A DNA stretch of 64,000 bases from Hamiltosporidium tvaerminnensis FI-OER-3-3 (GCA_022605425.2 JAKIMF020000013.1:851173-915172); one strand, 5' to 3'; numbered from the stretch's first letter, positions 1-11,803 are shown. Notes: generated by a model from the letters alone, not told the origin. Program-made: numbers and translations.

Positions 1-401
1 TGTGTGAGGCGGTTGGAAAAAAAACCGAATTTTTTTAAAGAAAAAAGGTAAAAAATTGGGGGTGGAATTGTAGAAAAATTATTTTCTGAGAGACCGAGGC
101 CATGGATGTTTTTAAGGTTTTTGAGTGATGAGGGGAGAGAAGAGAGATTGTTTCTTGTCAGGTCTATCCATGTAAGAGATGTAAGACTGCCGATAGATGG
201 ATTTATGGTTATAAGTCTGTTGTCGTTTAAAGCTAAACGAGTTAAATTTTTTAGGTGGGAAATTTGTGGGGGTAAAAATGAAAGGCGGTTGTGTGAAAGG
301 ATTAGCCAGTTGAGGTCTGTCTTGGTTAAAACTACTTCTGGAATTTCGTAGAGGTTGTGTTTTGAAAGATCGATTGAGGTTATCTCGTCTGGCTGGTTCA
401 T
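1..401 (-). CDS. Leucine-rich repeat protein (typical/SHOC2-like LRRs), 5' part; runs off the window edge
   Basis: Manual translation from ATG at 401: MNQPDEITSIDLSKHNLYEIPEVVLTKTDLNWLILSHNRLSFLPPQISHLKNLTRLALNDNRLITINPSIGSLTSLTWIDLTRNNLSSLPSSLKNLKNIHGLGLSENNFSTIP...; regular 23-aa LxxLxLxxNxLxxLP repeats. Absent from the ORF track because there is no stop in the window. Confidence 0.92.
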   Translation of the reverse strand, partial: MNQPDEITSIDLSKHNLYEIPEVVLTKTDLNWLILSHNRLSFLPPQISHLKNLTRLALNDNRLITINPSIGSLTSLTWIDLTRNNLSSLPSSLKNLKNIHGLGLSENNFSTIPPPIFYLFSLKKFGFFSNRLT

Positions 402-467
402 TTTGTTTTTATTAGATTTATTTGTTTTATGCGTGTTTTAGATTTAAATGTTTCAAAATAGAGGTAA

Positions 468-1120
468 GGGGGGTGTTAATATAAAGGAATGTTTAAAGGG
501 GTGTTAAGAAAAAGAGGATTTAAGAGAGTGTTAATGATTAGGGTAGTAATAAGAGGGTGTTAAAAAAACAGAGTAAAAAGAGGGTGTTATCATAAAAAGA
601 GTTGTAATAAGAGGGTGTTAATACAAAGGAATGTTTAAAGGGGTGTTAATCTAAAGAGTAGATATTTAAGAGGGTGTTAATCGCTAGAGTAGTACATAAG
701 AGGGTGTTAATAAGAAGGAATATTTAAGAGGGTGTTAATATTAAAAGAGGATTTAAGACGGTGTTAATATAATGAGTTGTAATAAGAGGGTGTTAAAAAT
801 ACAGAGTAAAAAGAGGGTGTTAATAAAAAGGAATATTTAAAGGGGTGATAATCACTAGAGTAGTACATAAGAGGGTGTTAATAAAAAGGAATATTTAAAG
901 GGGTGATAATCACTAGAGTAGTACATAAGAGGGTGTTAATAAAAAGGAATATTTAAAGGGGTGTTAATAAAAAGGAATATTTGAAAGGGTCTTCATATAC
1001 AGTATGGTTGTTAAAAGGGTGTTAGCATACTAATGATATACAAAAAGGGTGTTAATGTAAATAATAATAATATTAACACCCCCCTCCTATATAAATTATA
1101 CTACCAAACATAACACCCCC
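468..1120. repeat. Minisatellite, ~20 units of 24-29 bp with core AAGAGGGTGTTAAT; two inverted cores at the right end
   Basis: Core GGGTGTTAA recurs throughout; exact ~58-bp higher-order duplication at ~812-927; TAACACCCCC at ~1074 and ~1111. Confidence 0.9.
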
Positions 1121-1692
1121 TTTTCTTTATAAATAATTCATTTTTCAAAAGTTGTAAAAATATTTTTCTTCAAAAAAAAACATTCTAAGAATTTTAAATT
1201 TAAAAAAAATATTTTTTAAAAAAGTAGATTTTCTTTTAAAGGAAATAATAAATTGAAATAATTTAAAATCAAATTTAAAAAATTTTCTTAGAATATGTTA
1301 TATAACAAAATAAATGACTTATATTAAAATTTACAATTTAGTAACAGAAGATTTGTTAGTTTATTTAATTAAAAATCTATTTTTTTTTAAATTGATTCCC
1401 ATTTTTTTTTTGATTTTTTTAGATTTGGGTAAATTAAATAAAAAATTATAACAGTTTTCTATTCATTGGTTGTTGATAAAATATAAAATAAATTTTTTGT
1501 TAAATCTAACAAATGAAAGTAAACATAAATGATTAATTTTAGTAATCTTACGGATAAAAAAGTGACAAAAGATATTAAATTGAAAAAAATATTTTAATTC
1601 ATTAATCTATTTAATATTTTTAAAAATACCAAATTCGTAAATATTAAATTGAAAAAATATTTTTCCAAAAAAATCCCTACGATCGTAAAAAC

Positions 1693-2827
1693 ATGCATAT
1701 CTCATTAATAATATCATTTGAAACAGTAAGAATATTATTTCTATGTATAACATTTAGTTCTATGAGGACTGATGATTTGTTTCTGTTATATAAAGAAGAT
1801 TCTTGTTGCGTGTATTCGAGTAGACCGGAAAATCATAATCATTATACTATAAAAGTAGCAAATGGGGAAGAAAACAATCAACTTTTAGAAAAAGAAGTAC
1901 AATTTTATACAATGCTGGATCATTATAATCTTCCTAAATTATATCACTTCTTTTACGATGAAAATAACTGTTTGACACTTTATATTGAATGCCGTGACTC
2001 AAATCTGAAATATTTTTTGGAAAAAATCGGTGAAAAAATATCTTTTGATTTTAAACTGGCAATCAGTAAAATGTTGATCGATGCGTTGTATTATTTGCAT
2101 TCTAAAAATATTCTTCATAATGATATAAAAATGGAAAATGTATGGATTAAAGGTAATAAAATACTGCTGTCTGGTTTTGAGTGTTTAACTAAGCAAGATT
2201 TTAAATCCGTTGGATCGTATAAAAAAAAATCCGAAAGTCAAGAATATGTGGCATCGAAAGTTATAAAAAATAATAAATTATATTTTGCTGCTGATATTTA
2301 CTCTTTGGGCAAATTAATGAAACAAATATTTAATTTTAAAAATATTAAATATTTTGGACCCGAGAAAGATGAAAGAGTAATTCAAATGGATTCTATTTTT
2401 GATGGGATGATGGATCATTTCCCTGAAAACTAGAGACTCTTTAGAAACTGTAATGGGTTTTGATATTTTTAGTGTATTTTATAGTTTCGTGTTCTGTTTC
2501 TGTAAGCAGAAAGATATTAATTTTGAAAGTGTCAACGGAAAATTTATCAAAAAAGGAAATACACTTATAAATATATTTATAAACAGAAAAATTATAATAA
2601 TTTGTTCTTGTAGTGAACAAAAACCTATGAGAACATCAATTAGGAGAAAGATGCATTCAATGGTAAAAAATATTAAGGTTTGGCGAAAAACTAAAATTTT
2701 TGATAAAAAAAATATCACAGTATCTATTAATGGTGTTTCAAAACCTATTTATTTTCTATCTTTAGATGAATTAAATGATCTAGAATTAATTTTCCTGAGA
2801 TGTAAAAAATTTTGGAATATAAAATGA
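1693..2827 (+). pseudogene. Divergent protein kinase/pseudokinase with hydrophobic N-terminus, split by one frameshift at ~2431
   Basis: YTIK, YLHSKNILHNDIKMENV (HRD to HND), LSGFE (in place of DFG), AADIYSLG. Removing one base at CCT GAA AAC T AGA restores subdomain XI (FPEN-R-DSLETVMGFDIF) and joins ORFs 1693-2433 and 2453-2827. CCC motif at 1675-1677. Confidence 0.75.
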
Positions 2828-3089
2828 AAATAGTAAATTCCTGAAAGGTTATTGTATTCTCACATTTACATTTATTTAAAATCCATAGAATTAATTAATA
2901 AGATAAATCTTAGAAATAATTAAAAAAATTTACAGTAAATTCATTTTTGATTTTTAAATCGCTTTTAATTGATATAAATTGACTTTTCAACTTATTCTAT
3001 ACCTTGGTAGTTTAATGTTTCGTATTTATTTATACAAAATTTTTTGAGTAATTCATTTATATATTGATATTTATGAGAATTAAATCATC

Positions 3090-3800
3090 TTTTATTTAAA
3101 ACTATCACATTTTTTAAAAACAGTGACAAGTGTTATATTTTTCTTCATGACATGCACGCAGTTCTAAAGTTAATATAAGTAACTTTTACCCCACCACTCC
3201 ATCAGTACCCTCTGCGATACCTACGTCCCAAAGCCTTTCTTCTACCAAATGGGTAGAACCTAATTAATAAGCGAGGCAGTTGCCCGGAGTTCGTTAATGT
3301 CCGTTGCATGGAGTGTGGTCGAAAGCCAAACCCCCCTAGGCCCCCCAAGACTATGCAGCATTCCCTTTACTCTACACTTTCTGAACCCAATAAAATTCTA
3401 GCTAAGATATATTTCAGAGATTTACATGGGTCCACCTAGACAGTGCAATGTCATACCAACAGGTATAACCTGCTACTTAGCTCTCCTGGCTTTAAATGGT
3501 TTTTATTTTTATATCTCCCAGGCGCTAAGTCTTCTAACCCGAGTGAGCAAGGCTAGGTTTCCATGTTTTTAAATGGCAATTACCTACATGTTCAGCTGCG
3601 GTCTGCAATCTGGTTACATAAAAAAATACAAATAAATTTGTAGAAAAAGTTTCATCATTTCCCAAACCTTCTCCTACTCATACAAAATCCCATGGAACAA
3701 CCGAAGATTTTATGTGGTTTCATTATTACTTAAAATCCTAACAATGAGTTCATATATCAATTTCATAAAAGTAGAAAAAATTAATAATTTGTATATTTTT
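3090..3800 (-). mobile_element. Family A ~720-bp non-coding interspersed repeat (SINE-like), copy 1
   Basis: Reverse complement aligns by eye along its length with 11078-11803 (e.g. GTAACCAGATTGCAGACCGCAG, CTTAGCGCCTGG, TAGAACTGCG); head is decayed. Confidence 0.85.
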
Positions 3801-3814
3801 TCTTATAAAATCTA

Positions 3815-4515
3815 GAGGGAGGAATACCAGATAAAAAACTTTCGGCTTGGCAATGAGTGTGTGAAACTGGTGTGAGGATCATTGTTGGGGGGGAATAAAA
3901 CTACACTACATCTTTGGTTGTTCCATGGGAGTTGTTATAAGGAGGAGAGATCTAAGAATCTGAGAAACTTTTTCTACAAATATATTTGTAGTTTTTTCTG
4001 TAACCAGATTGCAGACCGCAGCTAAACTTGTAGGTAATTGTCATGTAAAAGCATGGAAAACTAGTCTTGATAACTCGGTTTAGAAGACTTAGCGCCAGGG
4101 AGATATAAAATATAAAACCATTTAACCTTGGGAAAGCTAAGTAACAGGTTATACTTGTTGGTATGACATTGCACTGTCTAGGTGAACCCCATGTAAGGCT
4201 ATGAGATATATCTTGGCTAGAAGTTTATTGGGTTCAGGAAGTGTAGAGCAAGTGGGAATGTTGCATAGTCTTAGGGGAGCCTAGGGGGGGCTTCGATCAC
4301 ACTCTATACAACGGACATTAACGAACCCTGGGCAACTGACTTGCCTATTAATCAGTTTCTACACATTTGGTAGAAGAAAGGCTTTACACGTAAGTATCGC
4401 AGAGACTGCTGATGAAGTAGTGGGGTAGAAGTTACTTATATTAACTTTAGAACTGCGTGCATGTCATGAAGACAAATATAACACTTACCACTGTTATAAA
4501 AGGATGTAATATTTT
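3815..4515 (+). mobile_element. Family A repeat, copy 2 (head-to-head with copy 1)
   Basis: GAGGGAGG...GCTTGGCAATGAGTGTGTGAAAC head through ...ATAACACTTACCACTG tail; colinear with 11078-11803. Confidence 0.88.
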
Positions 4516-4836
4516 TATTTAATTATTCTTAAATATTTTTATGATTTCTTTTAACTGAGATTTGTTAAATAGTTAAACTATGAGAAAGATTTTGTGTTCT
4601 TATTAATATTTCGTGTAAACTCTAATAAAATCTTTCTAATATGTTTTTTCTAATTTAATAAAAAAATTTTGCTCCTAATATTTTTGGTTTCAACTATAAT
4701 TATTTACATCACTAAGTTTATTAATCCTCTTTAAACTTATATTATTAGACTATTTAAATAGGTTTAATAGATTTAAAGATACTATTATTAAATTATAATA
4801 TCTCTTTTTGTTCTATGTAAATTTATACTTCTAAAC

Positions 4837-5059
4837 TTACTTACTTATTCCTGTCCTCTTTTACCTCTCGGAGTCGAGGATGAACAAATAAAAATTCCCC
4901 ATTTGTTTCTTTAAATTGGTACAACTCGGGATTATGAAGTATTGGCTTATAGATCTAGCGTGGGTTTATCCCTTCATAATCACAATAATGATTTTCAAAA
5001 ATTTTTAGACACTCATTTCCAAGCAGATAGATTTTAAAGTGATTATCCTTCCTTCATCA
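4837..5059 (-). mobile_element. Family B ~220-bp SINE-like retroposon with (TAAG)n tail
   Basis: Homologous to 8247-8470; flanked by ACTTCTAAAC (4827-4836) and ACTTCGAAAC (5060-5069), a 9/10 target-site duplication; tail reads TAAGTAAGTAAG on the minus strand. Confidence 0.8.
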
Positions 5060-5139
5060 ACTTCGAAACACCTTATGAAAATAAATTATTAGGTTACTTG
5101 ATTAAACCAACACTGTAACATATCATTTATATAATTCAG

Positions 5140-6060
5140 TAATGTCCCGACGACTCACCTCGAAATGTTTAATTGGTTAAAACAATATAAGACACCTATA
5201 AGAGTGCTTCAATTAATATATGTTTCTTTCTATTTGTTCATAAATCTTACACAACCAATAATAGGGAGTAGAACTGAAAATAAAACAATTTAAAAGATTC
5301 TATTGGTTAATAAAAGATTAAAATGAACATTGTTAAAATTGTTTCCAGACTTTGGTATTAATTAAGAATAACATAATATTGTTTTTTATTTTTCTAAACT
5401 AATCTGGGTAAAAAAAAGTTTAAATCAAATTGTTAAGATTTTTCTTTTAAGAATTTACAGTTACATATAAACTCTTATGATACAATTTATGCTTTTTATC
5501 ATTCTTCTGTTTAATATATTTATATTCTCAAAATCAATTGCATGAAACAAATATTACTTGAATAACTTCCTGGAACGTTATACTTGATTTAATTAAAATA
5601 ATTTTAATAAAGATGACTAAGAATTATACAATATGTAAATGATCAAACAGCGTATAGTTAAACAGTTATTTCAGACAATAAAACACTTTACAAGAATACA
5701 TTTCTCCGTAGAAAAGGAACTAGTGAATAAAAATAGGGAGAATGTGAACAGAAGAAATATTTAAGCCGAGCCCAAGCTCTGAAAAATTGGAATAAATATA
5801 TGAGAGAAGAGAAATATTCGGATTAAAAAAGTTATAATTTTTATTGAGTAATTGCTTAAGAGCGGTAAATAGTTTGGAAATACAAGAATAAAAAAATATG
5901 CGAGAAACAGACTAAGTGAGAGGATAAAGTTTTTATTGAAATGATTGAGGAATTATGACTCAGATAATGAAATTTAAGAAAATTCATGGCATTTTTTTCT
6001 TATGAATGTAAATGAAGGTTCGTTTCTACAGATTAACGTCTAGTCTTAATCTATTTGATT
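5140..6060 (+). mobile_element. Decayed N-terminal ORF fragment of the non-LTR element at 17770-19710
   Basis: Inverted homology to 18770-19710 (e.g. CCTCGAAATGtTTAATTGGTTAAAA, TAAATCTTACACAACCAATAATAG, GTTCGTTTCTAC); broken reading frame (LEMFNWLKQYKTP...NLTQPII). Confidence 0.7.
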
Positions 6061-6429
6061 AACATATCTCTTAAATGTATTTTAATATGTTTGAAATAAT
6101 GAACAAACTTTACTACAAAGTATTAGAGTTTTACCAATGTTCTTACTTAATTTTATTCTTTAAAACTAAATCATAAAATCTCTAAAATTAAATTTACTTT
6201 TTTAAAATTGTTTATGATTAGTATATTTATGCTACAAGAGATTTAAATAATTGGAAGTTATACATAATGACAATAAAATTGGGCAATTGGAGAAATTTTT
6301 TATAAAAATTTTTAAACATACCAATATAAAAGAACATTTTAGTAAAGTAAAAAAATTGTGGAAAAAAGTACTATAACAAAAAAACATGTACATTTATAAA
6401 GTATGTCTAATCCAAACGTTTTTATTTAT

Positions 6430-6952
6430 TAGAGTAGTTTTAATTTCGTGGTATTTCGAGTTACAAAGCTTTTTTTCCTTAAGGCACCTGCACCTGCATT
6501 TGCCAGATATTTATCCAATTTTGCTGCCACATTGATTATAACTATGGGATCCGGTCTTGAATGGCATTCTCCATATTCTCTTAACGAAATCTCGTCTTTT
6601 GTAATTTTTTTTCAATGCAAAAAAACGTTTAAATTACATATTTTAGATTTGTTCCTCCATTAATTGATTCAAGATATAATGTTAGATGTCTAGATGACAA
6701 GGTTCGGCATCCGTTATTTTCAGAAAAAATGTCATGCTGTTTCTTTCATCATTGCGAGTTCTGTCGAAATATAGGACTCAAAATCTCTGCACGCCACCTC
6801 TTTAGCGGCAGCGTACATTAAATTGGAAATTTCAAACATTTCTTTAGCTGGATGTTAAGATTTTTTGCTGAAATCTCCATAATTTTTAATATGTTGATTT
6901 TTTTAGAATAAAATAAAAAATTTGAAAAATTACCCATTCGCTTAGACATCAT
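6430..6952 (-). pseudogene. Possible decayed coding sequence, unknown product
   Basis: Locally higher GC, GGGG motif just upstream of a minus-strand ATG (~6952), coding-like stretches broken by stops; no recognisable domain. Confidence 0.25.
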
Positions 6953-8246
6953 GTATAATCCCCAATTATTCAAATTGCCTGTAACATATATAAGGTTTTG
7001 TAAATATTTTCTCTGTATATAAGGTTCTTAGACAGATGTTAGCAGACCACAAATGTTATCTTTTTAAATTCACTGTTTGATATAAATTTATTCTTTAGTT
7101 TATTTAAATTATAATTTCAACCATTTTTGTAGTTTTGAGTCTAGGTTGTTTTTGAATTGAATAATATTTTTTAGATTCTTGTAAAATCTTATTTTTAAAT
7201 TTTATAAACCTAAATTGAGTTTATTTGCTGTTCTTCAATATACTTTGATATTCAAAAAACATAAAAATTGTAAAAAACTTATATTATATTAAAAATTAAG
7301 GTTTTGTTTCATATCTACCTCACGTATTTAATCGTAGAGAGTAATTTTAGTGATGAATACTTATTTCTTAATATAATAAAACTATACAAACCGAATTATT
7401 CAATAAGTTTGTAATTTATTTAAGAAAATAGATTGTAAAATCAAATATTCTTCATCGGTATTTCTTTTTTAAAAAATTTTCAGGAATTTTCTGACTAAAA
7501 ATAATTTAAACAATGAATATGGAAATATACAGGCAAACATGTCATTGAATTTTAATATTTTCTAATTGTTTTTCTTACCTAAGTTTTTTATGTCATTTTC
7601 TAATTTTTATATAATTTGTGATATGAACAGTGAGATTGATTTAAAGCAGAGAATTTAAATAAATTATTTTAGCAAAGACGTTGAATTGTAACTAATACAT
7701 CTTTGGGTTGAATTTGTCCAAGTGAATATATTTTTTTATTGTTTTTTATTCAGACAAACTATCAACAAATTGCTTATCATGATTAGATTGTAACAATCAA
7801 AAGACTTGTAGGCTATACAATGATACAATAAGGTAGAAATAAAATTATTACTCTTCTTTAGACATAATCCCATACTCCTTTGCATGATATATAAGAATAT
7901 ATTATCTAAGCTATAATTATACTCACTCTATTAAGAAAATATAGGAAAATTATTTTTTTAATTAATATATTTGATAATCTAACTAGTTTATACAAAAAAA
8001 TAAAAGAAAGAAACATAAAATTACACATCTAAAATGAGAAAACTTGTTTCATATATAAAAAATCTTGGAACTTAGACTCACGATTTGATAAATATTATAG
8101 ATTAGAATCCCAGACTATTCTAAGCTGTTATATCATGAAAAATTAAATTTTTTCAACTTCAATTATTAGTTTCAAGGTTATTCATATTTTCTTCAAGAGA
8201 GAGATATATGAACTATGATCATTGAATCTAGCTTTCTTATTCTTAC

Positions 8247-8470
8247 AAAGTAAAAGGAGGATAACCACATTAAAAACTTTCTGATCGGCAACGAATATGT
8301 ACGATTACTATGAAAATGATTGCAGCCATTCGGTGGGAAATAAACCACACCGAATCTATAAGCCGATGTTCTATAATCTCGAGTTATAACAGATTTAAAG
8401 AAACAAATGGAAAAATTTGTTATTTCTATCGACACCGAGAAGTAAAAGAAGAATGGAATAAGTAAGTAAG
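8247..8470 (+). mobile_element. Family B SINE-like retroposon with (TAAG)3 tail
   Basis: Perfect 10-bp flanking duplication TTATTCTTAC at 8237-8246 and 8471-8480; ends GGAATAAGTAAGTAAG. Confidence 0.85.
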
Positions 8471-9369
8471 TTATTCTTACGTATAAAAATTTAGTTAGAT
8501 TTACTCCTGTAATCTAAAAATTACTTTATATTTACTTCGATTTTTAACAATTTATAGTTTCTAATGTATTTCACTTCGCGTATAAAGATTTTAAATACAG
8601 GAAAATAGAAATTTCACTTTCTATGTTTTCTTATAAAAACAAGAAATATATGAAGAACTGTTACTTAGTAACAACATTTAATTTCACTTTAATTAAACTT
8701 AACTTCTAAATTTTTAAAAAATACATGAGATTTAGCATATTCACCGATTATTCGATCAAAAATATAAATAAATTATTCAATTCAATAAAACTACTAGCCT
8801 TGTTATTTCATCATAAATACAGATAATTTATTAGATACTTAGTATATTTTTTTTAAAATACACAGTTCAATCTACACAATACCATAATTTAAAATCTATT
8901 TAAGTTTATTTTTATTCTTCAACTTAAACAATATTTTTGTCTTTTAATACCTGTCTTCTTATAAACGAGGACTTATAGTTTTCTTAGCCATAAAAATATA
9001 TTTGAAGGGGTATTTCAATTTCTTAAAAAAAATAAACTTCCATTGATTTTTTCAAAGTAAAATTAAACTTTCATTAATTTTTTTAAGGTAAAACTAATTT
9101 TCATTGATTTTTTTAAAGTAAAACATAACAACCTTCTATTTTCTTAATAAAAAAGTCAAATAAAATTTCATTTCTCTTTTCTTTAAATTTAATGAACAAC
9201 GATCTTTCTTTATTTAGATGATTTATTCTTACAATTACAGATAGAAAATAAACAATTATTAAATTATCATAGAGAATTGTATTATGTTATATCTTAGATT
9301 TGTATATTTTTATTATTTCCTCTTTTCGTAAATTTAATACATCTTTTTATTAAATCTATTAACTCAGAC

Positions 9370-9840
9370 TTTCTTGTCTTTTCTTTTCATTTCTTTTCTT
9401 GTCTTTTCATTTTCATGTCTTTTCATATCTTTTCATTTCTTTTCATATCTTTTCATTTCATTTCTTTTCTTTTCTTTTCTTTTCTTTTCTTTTCTTTTCA
9501 TTTTCATTTTAATTTTACTATTTTTTTATCACAAATATTATTTTTATAGAACTAACAATAAAAAAAAGTAAAAAGCATTTCTTTAATTAAGAAATATAAA
9601 AAAATATAACAAATCTAAAAAGAAAATAATTTTTATTCTTTTGAATAATCTGAATAATTCTAATAATTTTTATTATTTTGAATAATTCTAATAAATCCTA
9701 TTTCCAATAATTCTATTTCTAATAATTCCAATAATTCTATTTCTAATAATTCCAAAAATTCTAATACATCCTATTTCTAATAACTCTAATAATTCTTATA
9801 TTTCTAATAATTCTATTCCTTATAATTCTATTAAATCCTA
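9370..9840. repeat. Low-complexity (TTTTC)n and (TTCTAATAA)-type repeats upstream of the 9885 gene
   Basis: Direct reading: TTTTC/TTTCA runs 9370-9510, TTCTAATAA units 9650-9840. Confidence 0.8.
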
Positions 9841-9884
9841 TTGCTGGTAAAATATTTAATTCCATTTAAAAACCCTACCTTTAT

Positions 9885-10850
9885 ATGCAAGAAGACAGAA
9901 TAGCTGCCAAAAACATTTTACAAAACAAAAAATACATACCACACACCAAAAGAATATCATACCTCTCCACTCTCCTACCAACCCATACCACACAACCAAA
10001 AAAGATATCATTCACCTACAACACATCCCTTTCTCTTCTACAAAACATAAATCTAAACAACACACCTTCTTCAAACAATTTAGAACTTAAAAAATTCCGT
10101 GTTTTTTTAATAAAAAATCTTAAAAATTTAAAAAACTTAAAAAAAAAATCAAACATTTTTTTAACAATAATTAATTCTATAAATAACACTACACTTCCAA
10201 TAAAAAATGATTTATTTAGTTGGTCGCCCGGTAAAGATTATTGTGATTCTTACGAATTTCTACTTTCTTTAATTAAAAGAAATTCTTTTACTCAAAAATA
10301 CCAAAAATATTTTTCTAAAAAAGCCATAATTACGCGAAATACAACCTGTAAAGTTATAAATTGCCTTAAATTAAAAGCGCCAATCACAATACTTCCTAAC
10401 ATAGAAATTATTAATAAAGACACAGAAATATTTTCTAAGTATGAAACAACATACACGACATCCTTACCCACAGAAAACTATACCACACCTAACCTATCAT
10501 TGACAGATACTTATATTTCTTCTGCCTCACCCACCTCAAATATCTCACCCAACTCTTCCTTCTCTTCTATAAACCTTCACATGTCTAATTTCACTGTACA
10601 TAAACGTGTCATATCACACTCTTACTGGTGCGACAAAATACACACCACATCCTCTACAACCCCTATATTCTCATTCCTCACTCCATTTAAATCTTCAAAT
10701 AAAATTTTCTTTCTCTCTACATGTCTTACATTTATAGAAATAGAAATCACAGGTAAAAGAACAGTAACAGCTATTGTTAGTCTTAATAAGTTTATAACCC
10801 TTATACAAGGAAAAGAAGAAGAATGGCTTAAAACAATAGGATGTGTATAA
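9885..10850 (+). CDS. Hypothetical protein, possible C-terminal (split) PH-like domain
   Basis: 321-aa ORF with AAACCCTA 10 nt upstream; beta-strand-like C-terminus ending in EEEWLKTI, typical of the PH terminal helix; Ser/Thr-rich insert. Confidence 0.75.
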   Translation: MQEDRIAAKNILQNKKYIPHTKRISYLSTLLPTHTTQPKKISFTYNTSLSLLQNINLNNTPSSNNLELKKFRVFLIKNLKNLKNLKKKSNIFLTIINSINNTTLPIKNDLFSWSPGKDYCDSYEFLLSLIKRNSFTQKYQKYFSKKAIITRNTTCKVINCLKLKAPITILPNIEIINKDTEIFSKYETTYTTSLPTENYTTPNLSLTDTYISSASPTSNISPNSSFSSINLHMSNFTVHKRVISHSYWCDKIHTTSSTTPIFSFLTPFKSSNKIFFLSTCLTFIEIEITGKRTVTAIVSLNKFITLIQGKEEEWLKTIGCV

Positions 10851-11077
10851 GAATAGGGGGTCGGATATTAACTATGAGGATATATTATAGGGTTAGGTGT
10901 ATTGTAATAGGAATATGGGAATATTAAAGATTCTTCTGTTTTATTTACTGCCTTTTAAAATATTAGAAATTAATTTAATTTTAGATTCAATAAAATAAAA
11001 AATAAATTCTTGGACTTCATTAGCTTAGATATAATTTATGATATTTTCTTTTATAATTTATAATATTTTTAAAATGT

Positions 11078-11803
11078 CGGGGGAGGAGAAACACATAAAA
11101 AAACTTTCTGCTTGGCAATGAGTGTGTGAAACTAGTGTGAGATCACTTGTTTGGATTTTTGGTGGGAATAGAACCACCCTACTCTTTGTTTTTTCCATGG
11201 GAGTTGTTATGAAGGGGAGTGTCTAAGAAAAGGAGAAACTTTTTCTACAAATTTATTTGTAGTTTTTTATGTAACCAGATTGCAGATCGCAGTTGAACAT
11301 GTAGGTAATTGCCATGTAAAAGCATGGAAACCTAGCCTTGCTCACTCGGGTTAAAAGACTTAGCGCCTGGGAGATATAAAAATAAAACCCATTTAAAGTC
11401 AGGAGAGCTAAGTAGCAGGTTATACCTGTTGGTATGACATTGCACTGTCTACGTGGACCCCATGTAAGTCTCTGAAATATATCTTAGCAGAAGTTTATTG
11501 GGTTCGGAAAGTGTAGAGTAAGTGGGAATGCTGCATAGTCTTAAGTGAGCTTAGGGGGGTGCTTCGGCTTTCGATCACACACCATGCAACAGACATTAAA
11601 GAACTCCGGGCAACTGCCTCACCTATGAATTAAATTCTTAACACCTGGATGATGAAAGGTCTTGGAAAGTAGGTATCGAAAGGAAGTACCGATGGAGGTT
11701 TAGGGTAGCAGTCATTTATGTTAAACCTAGAACTGCGTTAATGTCATGAAAACAAATATAACACTTGCCACTATTTTAAAAAGATGTGATACTTTTAAAT
11801 AAA
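11078..11803 (+). mobile_element. Family A repeat, copy 3 (used as reference; full length)
   Basis: Starts GGGGGAGGAG, ends GATGTGATACTTTTAAATAAA; clearly GC-richer than flanks; no long ORF; no terminal inverted repeats. Confidence 0.9.

Noticed and set aside
106-351. 81-aa plus-strand ORF
   Set aside because: Antisense shadow of the LRR gene on the minus strand.
468-1060. CRISPR-like array (constant core with variable spacers)
   Set aside because: Core is only ~14 nt, spacers are 10-15 nt and recur, no cas genes, eukaryotic context; it is a minisatellite.
3530-3545. Family A as telomerase RNA (CTAACCC on one strand)
   Set aside because: Only 7 nt, not conserved in all copies, and the element behaves as a multicopy retroposon.
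4405-4435. Hammerhead ribozyme core (CTGATGA)
   Set aside because: Not conserved in other copies (CCGATGG/CCGATGA) and no matching GAAA core with stems.
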